DNA of 38,104 nucleotides from an uncultured Clostridia bacterium (GTDB taxonomy: Bacteria > Bacillota > Clostridia > Christensenellales > UBA1242), in contig CAMOCH010000003.1 of assembly GCA_946610655.1 (NCBI GenBank), forward strand, positions 1 to 38,104, given 5' to 3'. The translations under genes and the position numbers were made by a program. The notes below the pieces were generated by a model. That model saw only the letters and a program-made list of their open reading frames with translations. It searched no databases and was not told the DNA's origin. Positions 8,980 through 18,326 of the stretch are shown here, in pieces; within the stretch, counting starts at the first letter, position 1, and the number at the start of each line of letters is the position of its first letter.

Positions 8980-9070
8980 ACATTCTCCTTATACTCTTAT
9001 AAAATACCATAATTTTTATATTAGTGTCAACAAACGCATCAGTCTCAAAAATAAAAATGTATAAAAATTA

Positions 9071-9099
9071 TTGAATTTTTATGCAGTTTATTATATAAT
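9071..9099 (+). promoter_or_regulatory. Sigma-A promoter of SRP RNA
   Basis: TTGAAT-17 nt-TATAAT, 6 nt before the RNA 5' stem. Confidence 0.75.
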
Positions 9100-9105
9100 A
9101 TGCAT

Positions 9106-9374
9106 GTGTTGTGCTAGGTGGGGAGCTAGCGGTGCCCTATTCCTGAGATCCGCTATAGCAGGGCTGAATGCACTTTTAGGCATATGATATGGGTTGCTGC
9201 GTGGTGCAAGCGACGTTGATCCCAAGGTCCTATGCAATAGATCTTTGTGAACCGTGTCAGAGCTTGACGGCAGCAGCACTAAACAAAATCATCTATGTGC
9301 CATAGGGTTGCTTTGGAGTAGTTGGCTACATCATTAACGAATCGGTGTCATGTGACGAAATTTGCGCACAACAC
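9106..9374 (+). ncRNA. ffs: Large (Alu-domain) signal recognition particle RNA
   Basis: Resembles Bacillus scRNA (GTGCTAGGTGGGGAG..AGCGGTGCCCT..ATCCGCT.TAGCAGGG; GAACC.TGTCAG...AGCAGCA.TAA); 5' GTGTTGTGC pairs with 3' GCACAACAC, followed by a T-run. Confidence 0.93.
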
Positions 9375-9388
9375 TTTTTTTATTGCAA

Positions 9389-9445
9389 TAAAAAAAACTA
9401 GGTTCACCCTAGTTTATAAAAAAAATAGGCAAACGCCTATTTTTT
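9389..9445. terminator. Two hairpins between convergent ffs and acpP
   Basis: AAACTAGG-TTCAC-CCTAGTTT and AAAAAATAGGC-AAAC-GCCTATTTTTT. Confidence 0.7.
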
Positions 9446-9667
9446 ATTTTTTTCAATAAATTCAACAATTTGCTTAACTGTTTTTATTTCAGCAATTTTT
9501 TCATCAGGGATAGAAACTCCAAATTCATCTTCCAAACTCATCAAAACTTCAACCAAGTCAAGAGAGTCTGCTCCTAAATCTGTTGCAACATCTGTGTCTA
9601 AACTAATTTTACTAATTTCAACACCAAGTTGATCTGCTAAAATTTCTTTAACTTTTTGTTCAACCAT
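9437..9667 (-). CDS. acpP: Acyl carrier protein
   Basis: DLGADSLDLVE phosphopantetheine motif; SD GGAGGA places the start at ATG 9667. Confidence 0.95.
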   Translation of the reverse strand: MVEQKVKEILADQLGVEISKISLDTDVATDLGADSLDLVEVLMSLEDEFGVSIPDEKIAEIKTVKQIVEFIEKNKK

Positions 9668-9739
9668 TGATAATTCCTCCAATAAGTATTTGTATTATAT
9701 CAAAATAAGTTCTATTTTGCAACTACTTTTAACAAAAGA

Positions 9740-10990
9740 TTAAGAATAGAGTTCTGTAACAACAACGTTTATTATCATTTCTGACCCATTTCTTATAATT
9801 TTATATGAAACAGTATCACCAATGTTTATGCTGTATTTTTCATCTTCATAACTATATTCTGAAGTAAATTCAACAGTTTTATTGTTGTATGAAAAAGATA
9901 CCAATCTATCCCCAACTTCAATTCCTGCATTTGCAGCATCTGAACCAGATTGAACAGAAGTTACAACAATTGTTGGAATTCTTAATATCTTTCCTTCATG
10001 TTCATTAATTGTTGAACCAGAAATAGCAACCGAATAACCTGCTTTTGCATATGCTTCATGTCTGCCATCAATAAAGTTCAAAGCAATAGACATTGCTCTA
10101 TTTATTGGCACGGCATATGCAACATTGTCTATGCTTGCAGAATTTGTTTTTGATTCAACAATTCCAATTAAATTGCCATTTCCATCAAAAAGTCCACCAC
10201 CACTGTTTCCACTATTGATGGCAGTATCAACTTGAATGGTTGAAATTTTTATTGAATAGCTTCCATAAGATGCAGAAACCATTGTGTTCAGTCTTGAAAC
10301 AACACCCGATGTAACAGAAAATCCATTACTTTGTGGGTTGCCAACTGCAATCGCTGTATCCCCTTCTGTAACATATGCACTATTTGCAACGCTTGCTGCA
10401 GTGCAAGATGCAGTTTTTATTATATCGCTTTTTACTTTTAAAAGCGCAATATCATTTTTGTTAGATTCTCCAATAACTGTTGCATACATTGGAGTATAAC
10501 TATCATACAAGCACACAAACACAGCATTTGGAGCTCTGTAAACAACGTGGTCGCAAGTTAATATGTATGCTTCGCCAGCAGATTTATTAAGCCCAATAAT
10601 AACACCTGCACCTCTTGAATCTGTGCTTAATAGTTGATTATATGTTGGAACATTTGTTGATGAATAAGCCACCCCAGAAGAATTTGAACCACCAACACCA
10701 ATTACAACAGCACTAAGTTTTGCCTTGCTTGCAGCAACAACAACTTCACTGGTTTCTGTTGGAGAGACATTGTATGTTAAATTAACAACATTGTTATTTT
10801 GTGGCTTATTTACAAAATTGATTAAAACAGCACCCAAGATAATGTTAAACACAACCAAAATGGCAATAACAAAAGCAGGCAACGAACCTATCTGCAATTT
10901 TTTATCATTTTTTCCTTGCATAGGAACGTTATACTCTCTTGTTATTGGAGCTGCATCATAAGGGATTTTCTTTCTTTCTCTTTCGTCCAT
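9740..10990 (-). CDS. Membrane-anchored HtrA/DegP-like serine protease with PDZ domain
   Basis: N-terminal TM; triad motifs TCDHVV, NDIALLK, GNSGG; C-terminal SDAANAGIEVGD PDZ-like segment. Confidence 0.9.
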   Translation of the reverse strand: MDERERKKIPYDAAPITREYNVPMQGKNDKKLQIGSLPAFVIAILVVFNIILGAVLINFVNKPQNNNVVNLTYNVSPTETSEVVVAASKAKLSAVVIGVGGSNSSGVAYSSTNVPTYNQLLSTDSRGAGVIIGLNKSAGEAYILTCDHVVYRAPNAVFVCLYDSYTPMYATVIGESNKNDIALLKVKSDIIKTASCTAASVANSAYVTEGDTAIAVGNPQSNGFSVTSGVVSRLNTMVSASYGSYSIKISTIQVDTAINSGNSGGGLFDGNGNLIGIVESKTNSASIDNVAYAVPINRAMSIALNFIDGRHEAYAKAGYSVAISGSTINEHEGKILRIPTIVVTSVQSGSDAANAGIEVGDRLVSFSYNNKTVEFTSEYSYEDEKYSINIGDTVSYKIIRNGSEMIINVVVTELYS

Positions 10991-11000
10991 AATATTCTCC

Positions 11001-12353
11001 TTAATATTTAGGGTAATGTCCTTTTAAAAGTCGTTTATTTCTCATTATGAAATATATTGCAATGCCACCACCAATGGTAACAACTGCTGCCACTCCTATC
11101 GTCCACCAATTTGTGCCTTGTTGAGTTGAGTTAGACACACTTGAATATGTTACTGAAAAAGTTTTAAAAACATCTCCATCTCTTGTATATTCACCAGAGA
11201 TTGTAACAGAAAAGTGACCTTTGCCCACTGCTTTAACTTTAACTTTGTTATCAACAATTTCACATTGAGCAACTTTTCCATCAACACCAGATAACGTTAA
11301 GTTACGAATAAGCATTGCTTCGCCATTCTGTTTAATTTCATAACTAACTTCATCGCCAACTCTCATATCAAACAATCCACCATCAATATAAAATGGAACA
11401 AATTGTTCAACATAAAGTTCTCTTAGTGTTTGCGCATATACTTGATTTTCTCCGTTTTTAACAACCAACATAATTAGGTATTCGCCCTTATTAAATGCAG
11501 TACAATTTATTGGTGAATCTCCAATTTCATATTCAGTTGTTTTATTTGTTAATTTGTTCATTATAGACAAATACATCTTGTAACTTGTTACGGATGTTAA
11601 ATAATTCACATCTCCAATATAGGCATATTTAAATTTTTCTTTTGGATTTGCTATTTTTAAAGAATCATCTGCATAATATTTTTTGCTACCAATATCATAA
11701 GAAATGTTGTAAAAAGATTGTTTATCAACCACTTTAACATCTGAGTTACCAGAAGTACTTACATATGGCGCAAATATAATAAGTTTTGCATCACCAGTGC
11801 CGTCGGTTGAATTATAAACAAAATTTAATGAATTAATTTCTTCAATATCACCCTCTATGGTTGCGGCAGCCATTGGCAATTCAACCAAAATCCAGCCATA
11901 AATGTTGTAGCCAAATTCTTGCACCAATTGAGAATTTAAATATGTGCTTGAAAGTGACCAAGTGGCAGATGACATTCCATCACCAGCAGAAATGGTTAAA
12001 TCGTGAGTATCTTGAGTGCTGAAAAATAAATATACAAACACTGATGAGTTTTGATTGATTTCAGTGGTTTGCGCGTATAAAGTTTTTTCAAAACAAAAGT
12101 TGTCATTATGTGCAGGGAAAATACTTGCACCTGCATAAATAGCATCTGTCTGCTTGTCTATTGGTTTTGCATAATAAACTTCATCAGCTGAAATTCCATA
12201 TTTTGTTTGATAATCACTTTCAGATGAATAAGTTGTTGGAATTAAATACAATTTGGTATTTTGTGCACTTTCTGCATAGAAAAAATTCGCATGTGTTGTG
12301 GCAAAACATGCAAAAATTGCAAATAATAGTGCAAAAACGCCAACTTTTTTCAT
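11001..12353 (-). CDS. Hypothetical surface protein: signal peptide, beta-rich body, C-terminal TM anchor with basic tail
   Basis: MKKVGVFALLFAIFACFATTHA signal; WWTIGVAAVVTIGGGIAIYFIM-RNKR. Confidence 0.8.
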   Translation of the reverse strand: MKKVGVFALLFAIFACFATTHANFFYAESAQNTKLYLIPTTYSSESDYQTKYGISADEVYYAKPIDKQTDAIYAGASIFPAHNDNFCFEKTLYAQTTEINQNSSVFVYLFFSTQDTHDLTISAGDGMSSATWSLSSTYLNSQLVQEFGYNIYGWILVELPMAAATIEGDIEEINSLNFVYNSTDGTGDAKLIIFAPYVSTSGNSDVKVVDKQSFYNISYDIGSKKYYADDSLKIANPKEKFKYAYIGDVNYLTSVTSYKMYLSIMNKLTNKTTEYEIGDSPINCTAFNKGEYLIMLVVKNGENQVYAQTLRELYVEQFVPFYIDGGLFDMRVGDEVSYEIKQNGEAMLIRNLTLSGVDGKVAQCEIVDNKVKVKAVGKGHFSVTISGEYTRDGDVFKTFSVTYSSVSNSTQQGTNWWTIGVAAVVTIGGGIAIYFIMRNKRLLKGHYPKY

Positions 12354-12386
12354 TAATACTCCTTATTTTCTGCAAAACTTGTGCTT

Positions 12387-13058
12387 TTAGTCTGGAATTT
12401 GCCAATTTATTGGCTCAATTCCATGATTTTTCAAAAATTCATTACACTTACTAAAGTGTTTGCAACCAAAAAATCCAGCATATGCAGATAATGGACTTGG
12501 GTGCACACTTGTTAAAACCAAGTGCTTATTTTTATCAATAAATTTTGCTTTACTTATGGCATTTCTGCCCCAAAGCAAAAATACAACTGGGCTACTTTGT
12601 GTATTTACAATTTTAATAATTTCATCAGTAAACTTTTGCCAGCCATAGTTTGCATGGCTGTTTGGTTTGCCCTCTTCAACAGTAAGCACAGTGTTCAGCA
12701 TAAGCACACCTTGCTCTGCCCAACTTTGCAAATATCCATGATTTGGCTGAGTTATTCCTAAATCATTATGTTGCTCTTTATAAATATTTTTGAGCGATGG
12801 AGGAATTGCAACGCCTTTGTTTACTGAAAAACAAAGACCATGAGCCTGACCTTTCCCATGATATGGGTCTTGTCCAAGTATTACAACTTTAATTTCTCCA
12901 AATGGAGTTGTTTTAAGCGCGTTAAATATTTTGTTTCTTGGGGGATAGATGTTTTTCGTTTGATATTCTTTATCAATTTTTTCAAGCATAGATAAAAAAT
13001 ATTCTTTTTTCATTTCTTCTTCTAATTTTTCATCCCAAGTGTTTTTAAAAAATTGCAT
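12387..13058 (-). CDS. ung: Uracil-DNA glycosylase family 1
   Basis: GQDPYH, PPSL, HPSPLSA; SD GGAGAG before ATG 13058. Confidence 0.96.
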   Translation of the reverse strand: MQFFKNTWDEKLEEEMKKEYFLSMLEKIDKEYQTKNIYPPRNKIFNALKTTPFGEIKVVILGQDPYHGKGQAHGLCFSVNKGVAIPPSLKNIYKEQHNDLGITQPNHGYLQSWAEQGVLMLNTVLTVEEGKPNSHANYGWQKFTDEIIKIVNTQSSPVVFLLWGRNAISKAKFIDKNKHLVLTSVHPSPLSAYAGFFGCKHFSKCNEFLKNHGIEPINWQIPD

Positions 13059-13130
13059 ACTCTCTCCTACAATAATTTTAACACTTTTAACATTATGTGG
13101 CAAATGATTTTGATTTGTGTAAAAATTTGT

Positions 13131-13157
13131 AAAAAAAGTAGTAGCACATGCTACTAC
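13131..13157 (-). terminator. Intrinsic terminator after the alkD-like gene
   Basis: GTAGTAGC-ATGT-GCTACTAC followed by T7 on the minus strand. Confidence 0.8.
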
Positions 13158-13846
13158 CTAATCCTATATTTTTTCAAATTTTCTTTATCAACACTATTCA
13201 CCCTAAAACTATCTCTGCATTTACAAATTGCTTTGTTTTGAACAAACTGAGGAAGAGTTTGTGATTTAATCAATTCAAGGGTCTGCTCCCTATACTTCAC
13301 AAATGCAACACTTATCAGCCAAGCCTCTGCCATTTGAACATAATATGCATTGTTGTTTATTTGTTCCATTAACTTTAAAACTTCACCAATAGTTTCTTGT
13401 TTTAAATAATATGTCATAAGCATAATTATTCCAAATCTTGCATAGAATTCTTTACCACTTTTAGAAAGTTCAACAAAGTTTTGAAAATATGCATTATTTT
13501 TATCTTTTTTAAAAGCTTTTAGTCCTGCAATTGTTTGGTCGCAAGTTGCCCAATTATCTATTTTTGGTAAAAATTCAATGATTTTTGCATAACATTCATC
13601 AATTTTTGCAATTTTCCCAATAAGAAGTCCGCAAAGCAAAGTTTCTTCAAAAGAATTATCTTTAAGCGCCAAAATTGCACTTTCTATATCATCTTTAGCA
13701 AGTTTCTTAGCATATTCCTTCAAATCGTTTGTTCTAACACCCAATATTCTATTTTGAGTGTTAATAATTTTTATATGCTTTGGATCCTCTGCCCAATCTT
13801 TATCAGCAAGTTTATTTAATTCGTTTAATATTTGTTTTCTTTCCAT
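13154..13846 (-). CDS. DNA alkylation repair protein (AlkD-like HEAT-repeat)
   Basis: [37 protein letters not shown]. Confidence 0.88.
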   Translation of the reverse strand: MERKQILNELNKLADKDWAEDPKHIKIINTQNRILGVRTNDLKEYAKKLAKDDIESAILALKDNSFEETLLCGLLIGKIAKIDECYAKIIEFLPKIDNWATCDQTIAGLKAFKKDKNNAYFQNFVELSKSGKEFYARFGIIMLMTYYLKQETIGEVLKLMEQINNNAYYVQMAEAWLISVAFVKYREQTLELIKSQTLPQFVQNKAICKCRDSFRVNSVDKENLKKYRIR

Positions 13847-13856
13847 AATTCAAATT

Positions 13857-14810
13857 TTAAAATGCTTTCTGTTCTTTTTTTAATATCTCTTCTCTTTTAG
13901 AATCTGCATTGAACACAAAGTGTTCTCTATTTATTCCATACTCATCTAAGCAATCATTAAATATTTTTATAATTTTTGGATTTATATCAATGTTTTTTGA
14001 TGTGGCATTAGGCATAAGATTCTTATTTTTCAATCTATCAATAAATTCTTCAACCATATCATCTCTAATGCTGCTGTAACTTGAATTTCTCTTTGTGACC
14101 TCTTCACCATATCCTATCCAACCATTGATATTGCCCAAATTTATATCAACATTTTCTGTTCCCACACAAAGTTCTGGGTTTTCTTTTTTTATCTCTTCCA
14201 AATAATCAATGTATTTCTCTGTATCTTCTGCTCTGCAATAAACAACTAACTGGTCACATCTATATTTTGTTGAAAATTTTAATACTGGCACTGGCACTTC
14301 TTTATAATGAATAGCTTTATTTATAAAATTTTTAACAAACTTAATAGTATTTGTTGCTTTTAAATTAATGTATAATCTTTCATCAATTTTATAAGTGTTA
14401 ATTGCAATTTCAAACCAAGTGCTACCACCATTTAATAAATACTCATTATCGGTATGATGATATACATAAGTCATTAAGCCTTCTGTATCGTTAAAAACAA
14501 ATTCATCACCCATTTTAACAAGGTCTTCATTTGTTATTTTGCTTGGTGATAAACTATCATCTGCCAAAATTTCACCAACCACTTCTTCGAGCTTAGGGAA
14601 TTCTTTATAAATTTCTGGATTGAGATTTTTTAATCTTTTATAAAACATGTTATATAGTTGTTTAGTTAAATTCATTAATTCATCATAAGAAACATTTTGA
14701 TTGATATCATGTTGAATTTCCCCACGGGTATAACCACCACGTTCTATATATTGTTTAACGAGTTCTTTTATATTTGGTTCAACAACTGCATACTTACCAA
14801 TTTTGAACAT
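13857..14810 (-). CDS. Hypothetical protein, putative HopA1-like (phosphothreonine-lyase-like fold) domain
   Basis: Ordered motifs ERLYINL, LKF....RCDQLVVY, GWIGYGEE....SYSSIR, recognised by eye. Confidence 0.55.
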   Translation of the reverse strand: MFKIGKYAVVEPNIKELVKQYIERGGYTRGEIQHDINQNVSYDELMNLTKQLYNMFYKRLKNLNPEIYKEFPKLEEVVGEILADDSLSPSKITNEDLVKMGDEFVFNDTEGLMTYVYHHTDNEYLLNGGSTWFEIAINTYKIDERLYINLKATNTIKFVKNFINKAIHYKEVPVPVLKFSTKYRCDQLVVYCRAEDTEKYIDYLEEIKKENPELCVGTENVDINLGNINGWIGYGEEVTKRNSSYSSIRDDMVEEFIDRLKNKNLMPNATSKNIDINPKIIKIFNDCLDEYGINREHFVFNADSKREEILKKEQKAF

Positions 14811-14843
14811 AAATTTTCTCCCAAAACTCCAATTATTTACTTA

Positions 14844-14872
14844 ATTATATATTTAACAAATGATTTTGTCAA
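14844..14872 (-). promoter_or_regulatory. Perfect-consensus sigma-A promoter for 13857-14810
   Basis: TTGACA-17 nt-TATAAT just past the rplQ terminator. Confidence 0.85.
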
Positions 14873-14880
14873 TAAACAAT

Positions 14881-14905
14881 AAAAAAACTGCTTCGCAGCA
14901 GTTTT
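14881..14905 (-). terminator. Terminator of the alpha operon
   Basis: AAAACTGCT-GCGA-AGCAGTTTTTTT on the minus strand. Confidence 0.85.
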
Positions 14906-14928
14906 ATATATATTTTATTCCATTTTAA

Positions 14929-15420
14929 TTAAACTAATTCAACAATAGCAAGTTGTGTTGCGTCTCCACGACGAACGGTTGTTTTAAGAACTCTTGTGTA
15001 GCCACCTTTTCTGTCTTCATATTTTGGAGCATATTCATCAAATAATTTTTCGATGAGTGGGTGTTTAACACCATTTGTTCTTGCTTCAAAAGCTTCTTTC
15101 TTTTCACCTTTAGCTTTTTGTTCTTGTCTGTCATAAAGAAGTGCCAAAAGTTTTCTTCTTGCGTTAAGTTTTTTAGCGCCATCTCTAGAAACTTTAACTT
15201 TCTTTTCTTTGCCTTTAGCATCAGTTGTTGTTTTTTCTTCAGTTACAACATCTTTATATCCATCTTTAGCGATTGTGATGCATTTTTCTGCAATTCTTGC
15301 AACTTCTTTTGCACGATCAAGAGTTGTTTCAATTTTGCCATACCAAAGTAGGTCGGTTGCTTGGTTATAAACAAGTGCCAATCTTTGGTCGGTTGGTTTG
15401 CCAAGTTTACTATTACTCAT
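14929..15420 (-). CDS. rplQ: 50S protein bL17 (with insertions)
   Basis: KLGKPTDQR, IETTLDRAKE, RKGGYTRVLK..RRGDA. Confidence 0.95.
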   Translation of the reverse strand: MSNSKLGKPTDQRLALVYNQATDLLWYGKIETTLDRAKEVARIAEKCITIAKDGYKDVVTEEKTTTDAKGKEKKVKVSRDGAKKLNARRKLLALLYDRQEQKAKGEKKEAFEARTNGVKHPLIEKLFDEYAPKYEDRKGGYTRVLKTTVRRGDATQLAIVELV

Positions 15421-15431
15421 ACTCTTTCTCC

Positions 15432-16391
15432 TTATTCCTCAATACTTTTTAGGCCAAGACCAAGACCTTCCAATTTATGGATAACTTCGTCAAGAGATTT
15501 GCGTCCAAGGTTTTTAACTTTGAGCATATCGTCTTCAGTCTTTTTAGTTAAATCTTCAACAGTGTTGATGCCTGCGCGTTTCAAACAGTTGTATGAACGA
15601 ACAGACAAATCCATGTCTTCGATGCTCATATTCATAAGTTTTTGAACTTTGTCTTCTTCACGACTAACAAGGATGCTTGTGTTTGCCATGTTTTCAACAA
15701 GTTCAACAAACAAGTTAATATGGTCAACAAGAAGTTTACTTGCAAGGCTGATTATTTCTTTTGCAGAAACAGTGCCATTTGTTGTAACTTCCAAAACAAG
15801 TTTGTCATAGTCTGTGTTTTGTCCAACACGAGTATCTTCAACTTCATAACTTGCTCTTCTAACTGGTGTGTAGATGCTATCGATAGCAATGTAACCAATA
15901 GGAAGACTCATATCTTTATTTTTGTCAGCTGGTTCATAACCTCTGCCACGACCAACAACAATGTCCATATCAAGTACAGCACCATCTTCAAGTGTGCAGA
16001 TATACAAGTCTGGGTTAAGAACTGAAACTTCATCATCTGCTTGAATCATGCTTGCTGTTACTTTGCAAGGACCTTTTGCATAAAGTTTGATAGTCTTACG
16101 GAAGTTGTTATCTGTTGATGCAGTTTTAACTGCAAGTGTTTTCATATTAAGAACAATTTCTGTAACATCTTCTTTAGAGCCTTTAAGTGTTGAAAATTCA
16201 TGTTCAACACCAGCAATTCTAATATTTGTTACGGCTGCACCTGGAAGGCTTGAAAGAAGACATCTTCTAAGAGCGTTTCCAACTGTTACACCAAAACCAC
16301 GTTCAAGTGGTTCAAGCACAAATTTTGCATAAGAGCCATTTTGTTCTTCAATACATTCAATTCTTGGTTTTTCAATTTGCAACATATTCAT
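15432..16391 (-). CDS. rpoA: RNA polymerase alpha subunit
   Basis: EPLERGFG, HEFST, LSVRSYNCLKRAGI. Confidence 0.98.
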   Translation of the reverse strand: MNMLQIEKPRIECIEEQNGSYAKFVLEPLERGFGVTVGNALRRCLLSSLPGAAVTNIRIAGVEHEFSTLKGSKEDVTEIVLNMKTLAVKTASTDNNFRKTIKLYAKGPCKVTASMIQADDEVSVLNPDLYICTLEDGAVLDMDIVVGRGRGYEPADKNKDMSLPIGYIAIDSIYTPVRRASYEVEDTRVGQNTDYDKLVLEVTTNGTVSAKEIISLASKLLVDHINLFVELVENMANTSILVSREEDKVQKLMNMSIEDMDLSVRSYNCLKRAGINTVEDLTKKTEDDMLKVKNLGRKSLDEVIHKLEGLGLGLKSIEE

Positions 16392-16410
16392 TTTCTCCTA
16401 TATTGGACTA

Positions 16411-17001
16411 TTATTTAGAATAAAGCTCGATAATTAAGTGTTCTTGGATATCAACATCGATATCATCACGTTTTGGAAGAGCCAAAACTTTACCAGTAAG
16501 TTTTTCAGCGTCAAATTCCAACCATTTTGGAACAATAACTCTAAATTTCTTAACATCAGCGAACATTTCTTTCTTTTGTCTGCTTTCTTTAACTGCAATA
16601 ACATCTCCAACATTAACTAAATATGAACGAATGTTAACGCTTTTTCCATTAACTGTAAGATCTCCATGGCTTACCATTTGTCTACAAGCTGCACGAGTTG
16701 GACCAAGGCCAAGACGGAATGCAACGTTGTCGAGTCTGCGCTCCAAAAGGCTAAGCATGTTTTCACCACTTATACCTCTCATTCTTTCAGCTTCTTCGTA
16801 GTATCCACGGAATTGACGCTCAAGTACGCCATAGATGAATTTAACTTTTTGTTTTTCTTTAAGCTGTGTGCCATATTCTGAATCTTTATGACGAACATTT
16901 GCACCAGGATTTCTATTTGATTTTTTGTTATAACCCATTACTGCAGGACTAATTCCTAGGTAACGGCATCTTTTTAAAATAGGATCTTTACTAACTGCCA
17001 T
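16411..17001 (-). CDS. rpsD: 30S protein uS4
   Basis: SEYGTQLKEKQK, LERRLDNV, IIELYSK. Confidence 0.97.
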   Translation of the reverse strand: MAVSKDPILKRCRYLGISPAVMGYNKKSNRNPGANVRHKDSEYGTQLKEKQKVKFIYGVLERQFRGYYEEAERMRGISGENMLSLLERRLDNVAFRLGLGPTRAACRQMVSHGDLTVNGKSVNIRSYLVNVGDVIAVKESRQKKEMFADVKKFRVIVPKWLEFDAEKLTGKVLALPKRDDIDVDIQEHLIIELYSK

Positions 17002-17017
17002 TTATCTTCTCCTTAAC

Positions 17018-17419
17018 CTAAATTCTTCTTGCCTTTGGTGGACGGCATCCATTGTGTGGGATTGGTGACACATCACGAATGAGTGTAACTTCAATTCCTT
17101 CGTTTGCAATGCTTCTGATTGCAGATTCTCTACCGTTGCCTGGGCCTTTAACATAAACTTCAACAGATTTTAGGCCATATTCTTTTGCAGCTTTTGCAGC
17201 TTTTTCTGCTGCGAGGCCTGCAGCAAATGGAGTGCTTTTACGGTTACCACGATATCCAAGAGCACCAGCTGAACATGCAGCAAGGGCATTTCCTTGAACG
17301 TCAGTGATTGTTATGATTGTGTTGTTAAAAGATGATTGAACATGAACAATACCTTTTTCAACGTGTGTTGTTATTCTACGCTTTTTTGTTGATTTTTTTG
17401 CGACTGATTCGTTTGCCAT
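17018..17419 (-). CDS. rpsK: 30S protein uS11
   Basis: [28 protein letters not shown]. Confidence 0.98.
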   Translation of the reverse strand: MANESVAKKSTKKRRITTHVEKGIVHVQSSFNNTIITITDVQGNALAACSAGALGYRGNRKSTPFAAGLAAEKAAKAAKEYGLKSVEVYVKGPGNGRESAIRSIANEGIEVTLIRDVSPIPHNGCRPPKARRI

Positions 17420-17436
17420 TTACTATCTCCTCCCCC

Positions 17437-17802
17437 TTATTTCTTCTTAACAGAGCTATTTCTTGGACCTTTTCTGGTTCTTGCATTGCTCTTTGTGTTT
17501 TGTCCTCTTACTGGAAGACCTTTTCTGTGACGAATGCCACGATAACTACCTATTTCTTGAAGAGCTTTGATGTTCATACCAACATCTCTTTTTAAGTCTC
17601 CTTCAACAACTAAGTGCTTGTCAATATATTCACGAATTTTACCAGTTTCTGCTTCTGTTAAATCCTTAACACGTGTGTCAGGATTAATTCCAGTTTCAGC
17701 TAGTATTTTGTTAGCAGTTACTCTGCCAATACCATAGATATAGGTTAAACCTATTTCTACTCTTTTTTCATTTGGTAAGTCTACACCACCAATTCTTGCC
17801 AT
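17437..17802 (-). CDS. rpsM: 30S protein uS13
   Basis: [25 protein letters not shown]. Confidence 0.98.
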   Translation of the reverse strand: MARIGGVDLPNEKRVEIGLTYIYGIGRVTANKILAETGINPDTRVKDLTEAETGKIREYIDKHLVVEGDLKRDVGMNIKALQEIGSYRGIRHRKGLPVRGQNTKSNARTRKGPRNSSVKKK

Positions 17803-17819
17803 TGTTTTCCTCCAATTTG

Positions 17820-17940
17820 TTTATTATTTTGTTTTTTAGTTTAATTAACACTGGAATGTATGTTAATTTTTGCGTGGGTTAATGCCCACATTATATTTAC
17901 GCCATAAGTAGAGTTTCCTCTAGCCGCCTTATGACGATTT
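17820..17940 (-). promoter_or_regulatory. Structured RNA upstream of rpsM (candidate S4-type r-leader)
   Basis: Three hairpins: CGTCATAAG..TAGAG-GAAA-CTCTA-CTTATGGCG; GTGGG-cattaa-CCCAC; AATTAACA..TGTTAATT. Confidence 0.6.
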
Positions 17941-17952
17941 TTTTCAAATTTA

Positions 17953-18069
17953 TTAACCCTGAACTTGTTTGTGTTTAGGGAACTTGCTGCAAATAACTCT
18001 GAGTTTGCCATTTCTTTTAATAACCTTGCAGTTTTCACAAATAGGTTTTACACTTGGTCTAACTTTCAT
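17953..18069 (-). CDS. rpmJ: 50S protein bL36 (not in ORF track)
   Basis: Hand translation [38 protein letters not shown]. Confidence 0.97.
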   Translation of the reverse strand: MKVRPSVKPICENCKVIKRNGKLRVICSKFPKHKQVQG

Positions 18070-18107
18070 TACTCTATTCTCCTTGTATATTATTCCTTGA
18101 ATTTTTT

Positions 18108-18326
18108 TTACTTGCTTCGCCAAATAATTCTGCCACGAGTTAAGTCGTAAGGGCTCATTTCAAGTTTAACTGTGTCACCTTCATAAACGTGTATGTAGTT
18201 TTTCCATAATTTACCTGAAAGATATGCAGTTATTATATGTCCACCTGCTATTTGCACTTTAAATGTTGCACCTGGCATAGCTTCAATAACAACGCCCTCA
18301 GTTTCTATAACATCATCTTTACTCAA
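18108..18326 (-). CDS. infA: Translation initiation factor IF-1
   Basis: [24 protein letters not shown]. Confidence 0.97.
   Translation of the reverse strand: MSKDDVIETEGVVIEAMPGATFKVQIAGGHIITAYLSGKLWKNYIHVYEGDTVKLEMSPYDLTRGRIIWRSK

Noticed and set aside
9091-9279. 62-aa minus-strand ORF
   Set aside because: It lies antisense to the SRP RNA.
4386-9667. acpS plus acpP as a biosynthetic gene cluster
   Set aside because: No synthase genes nearby; both are ordinary housekeeping genes in separate units.
17841-18038. 65-aa ORF between infA and rpsM
   Set aside because: It overlaps the real rpmJ in another frame and the structured leader.
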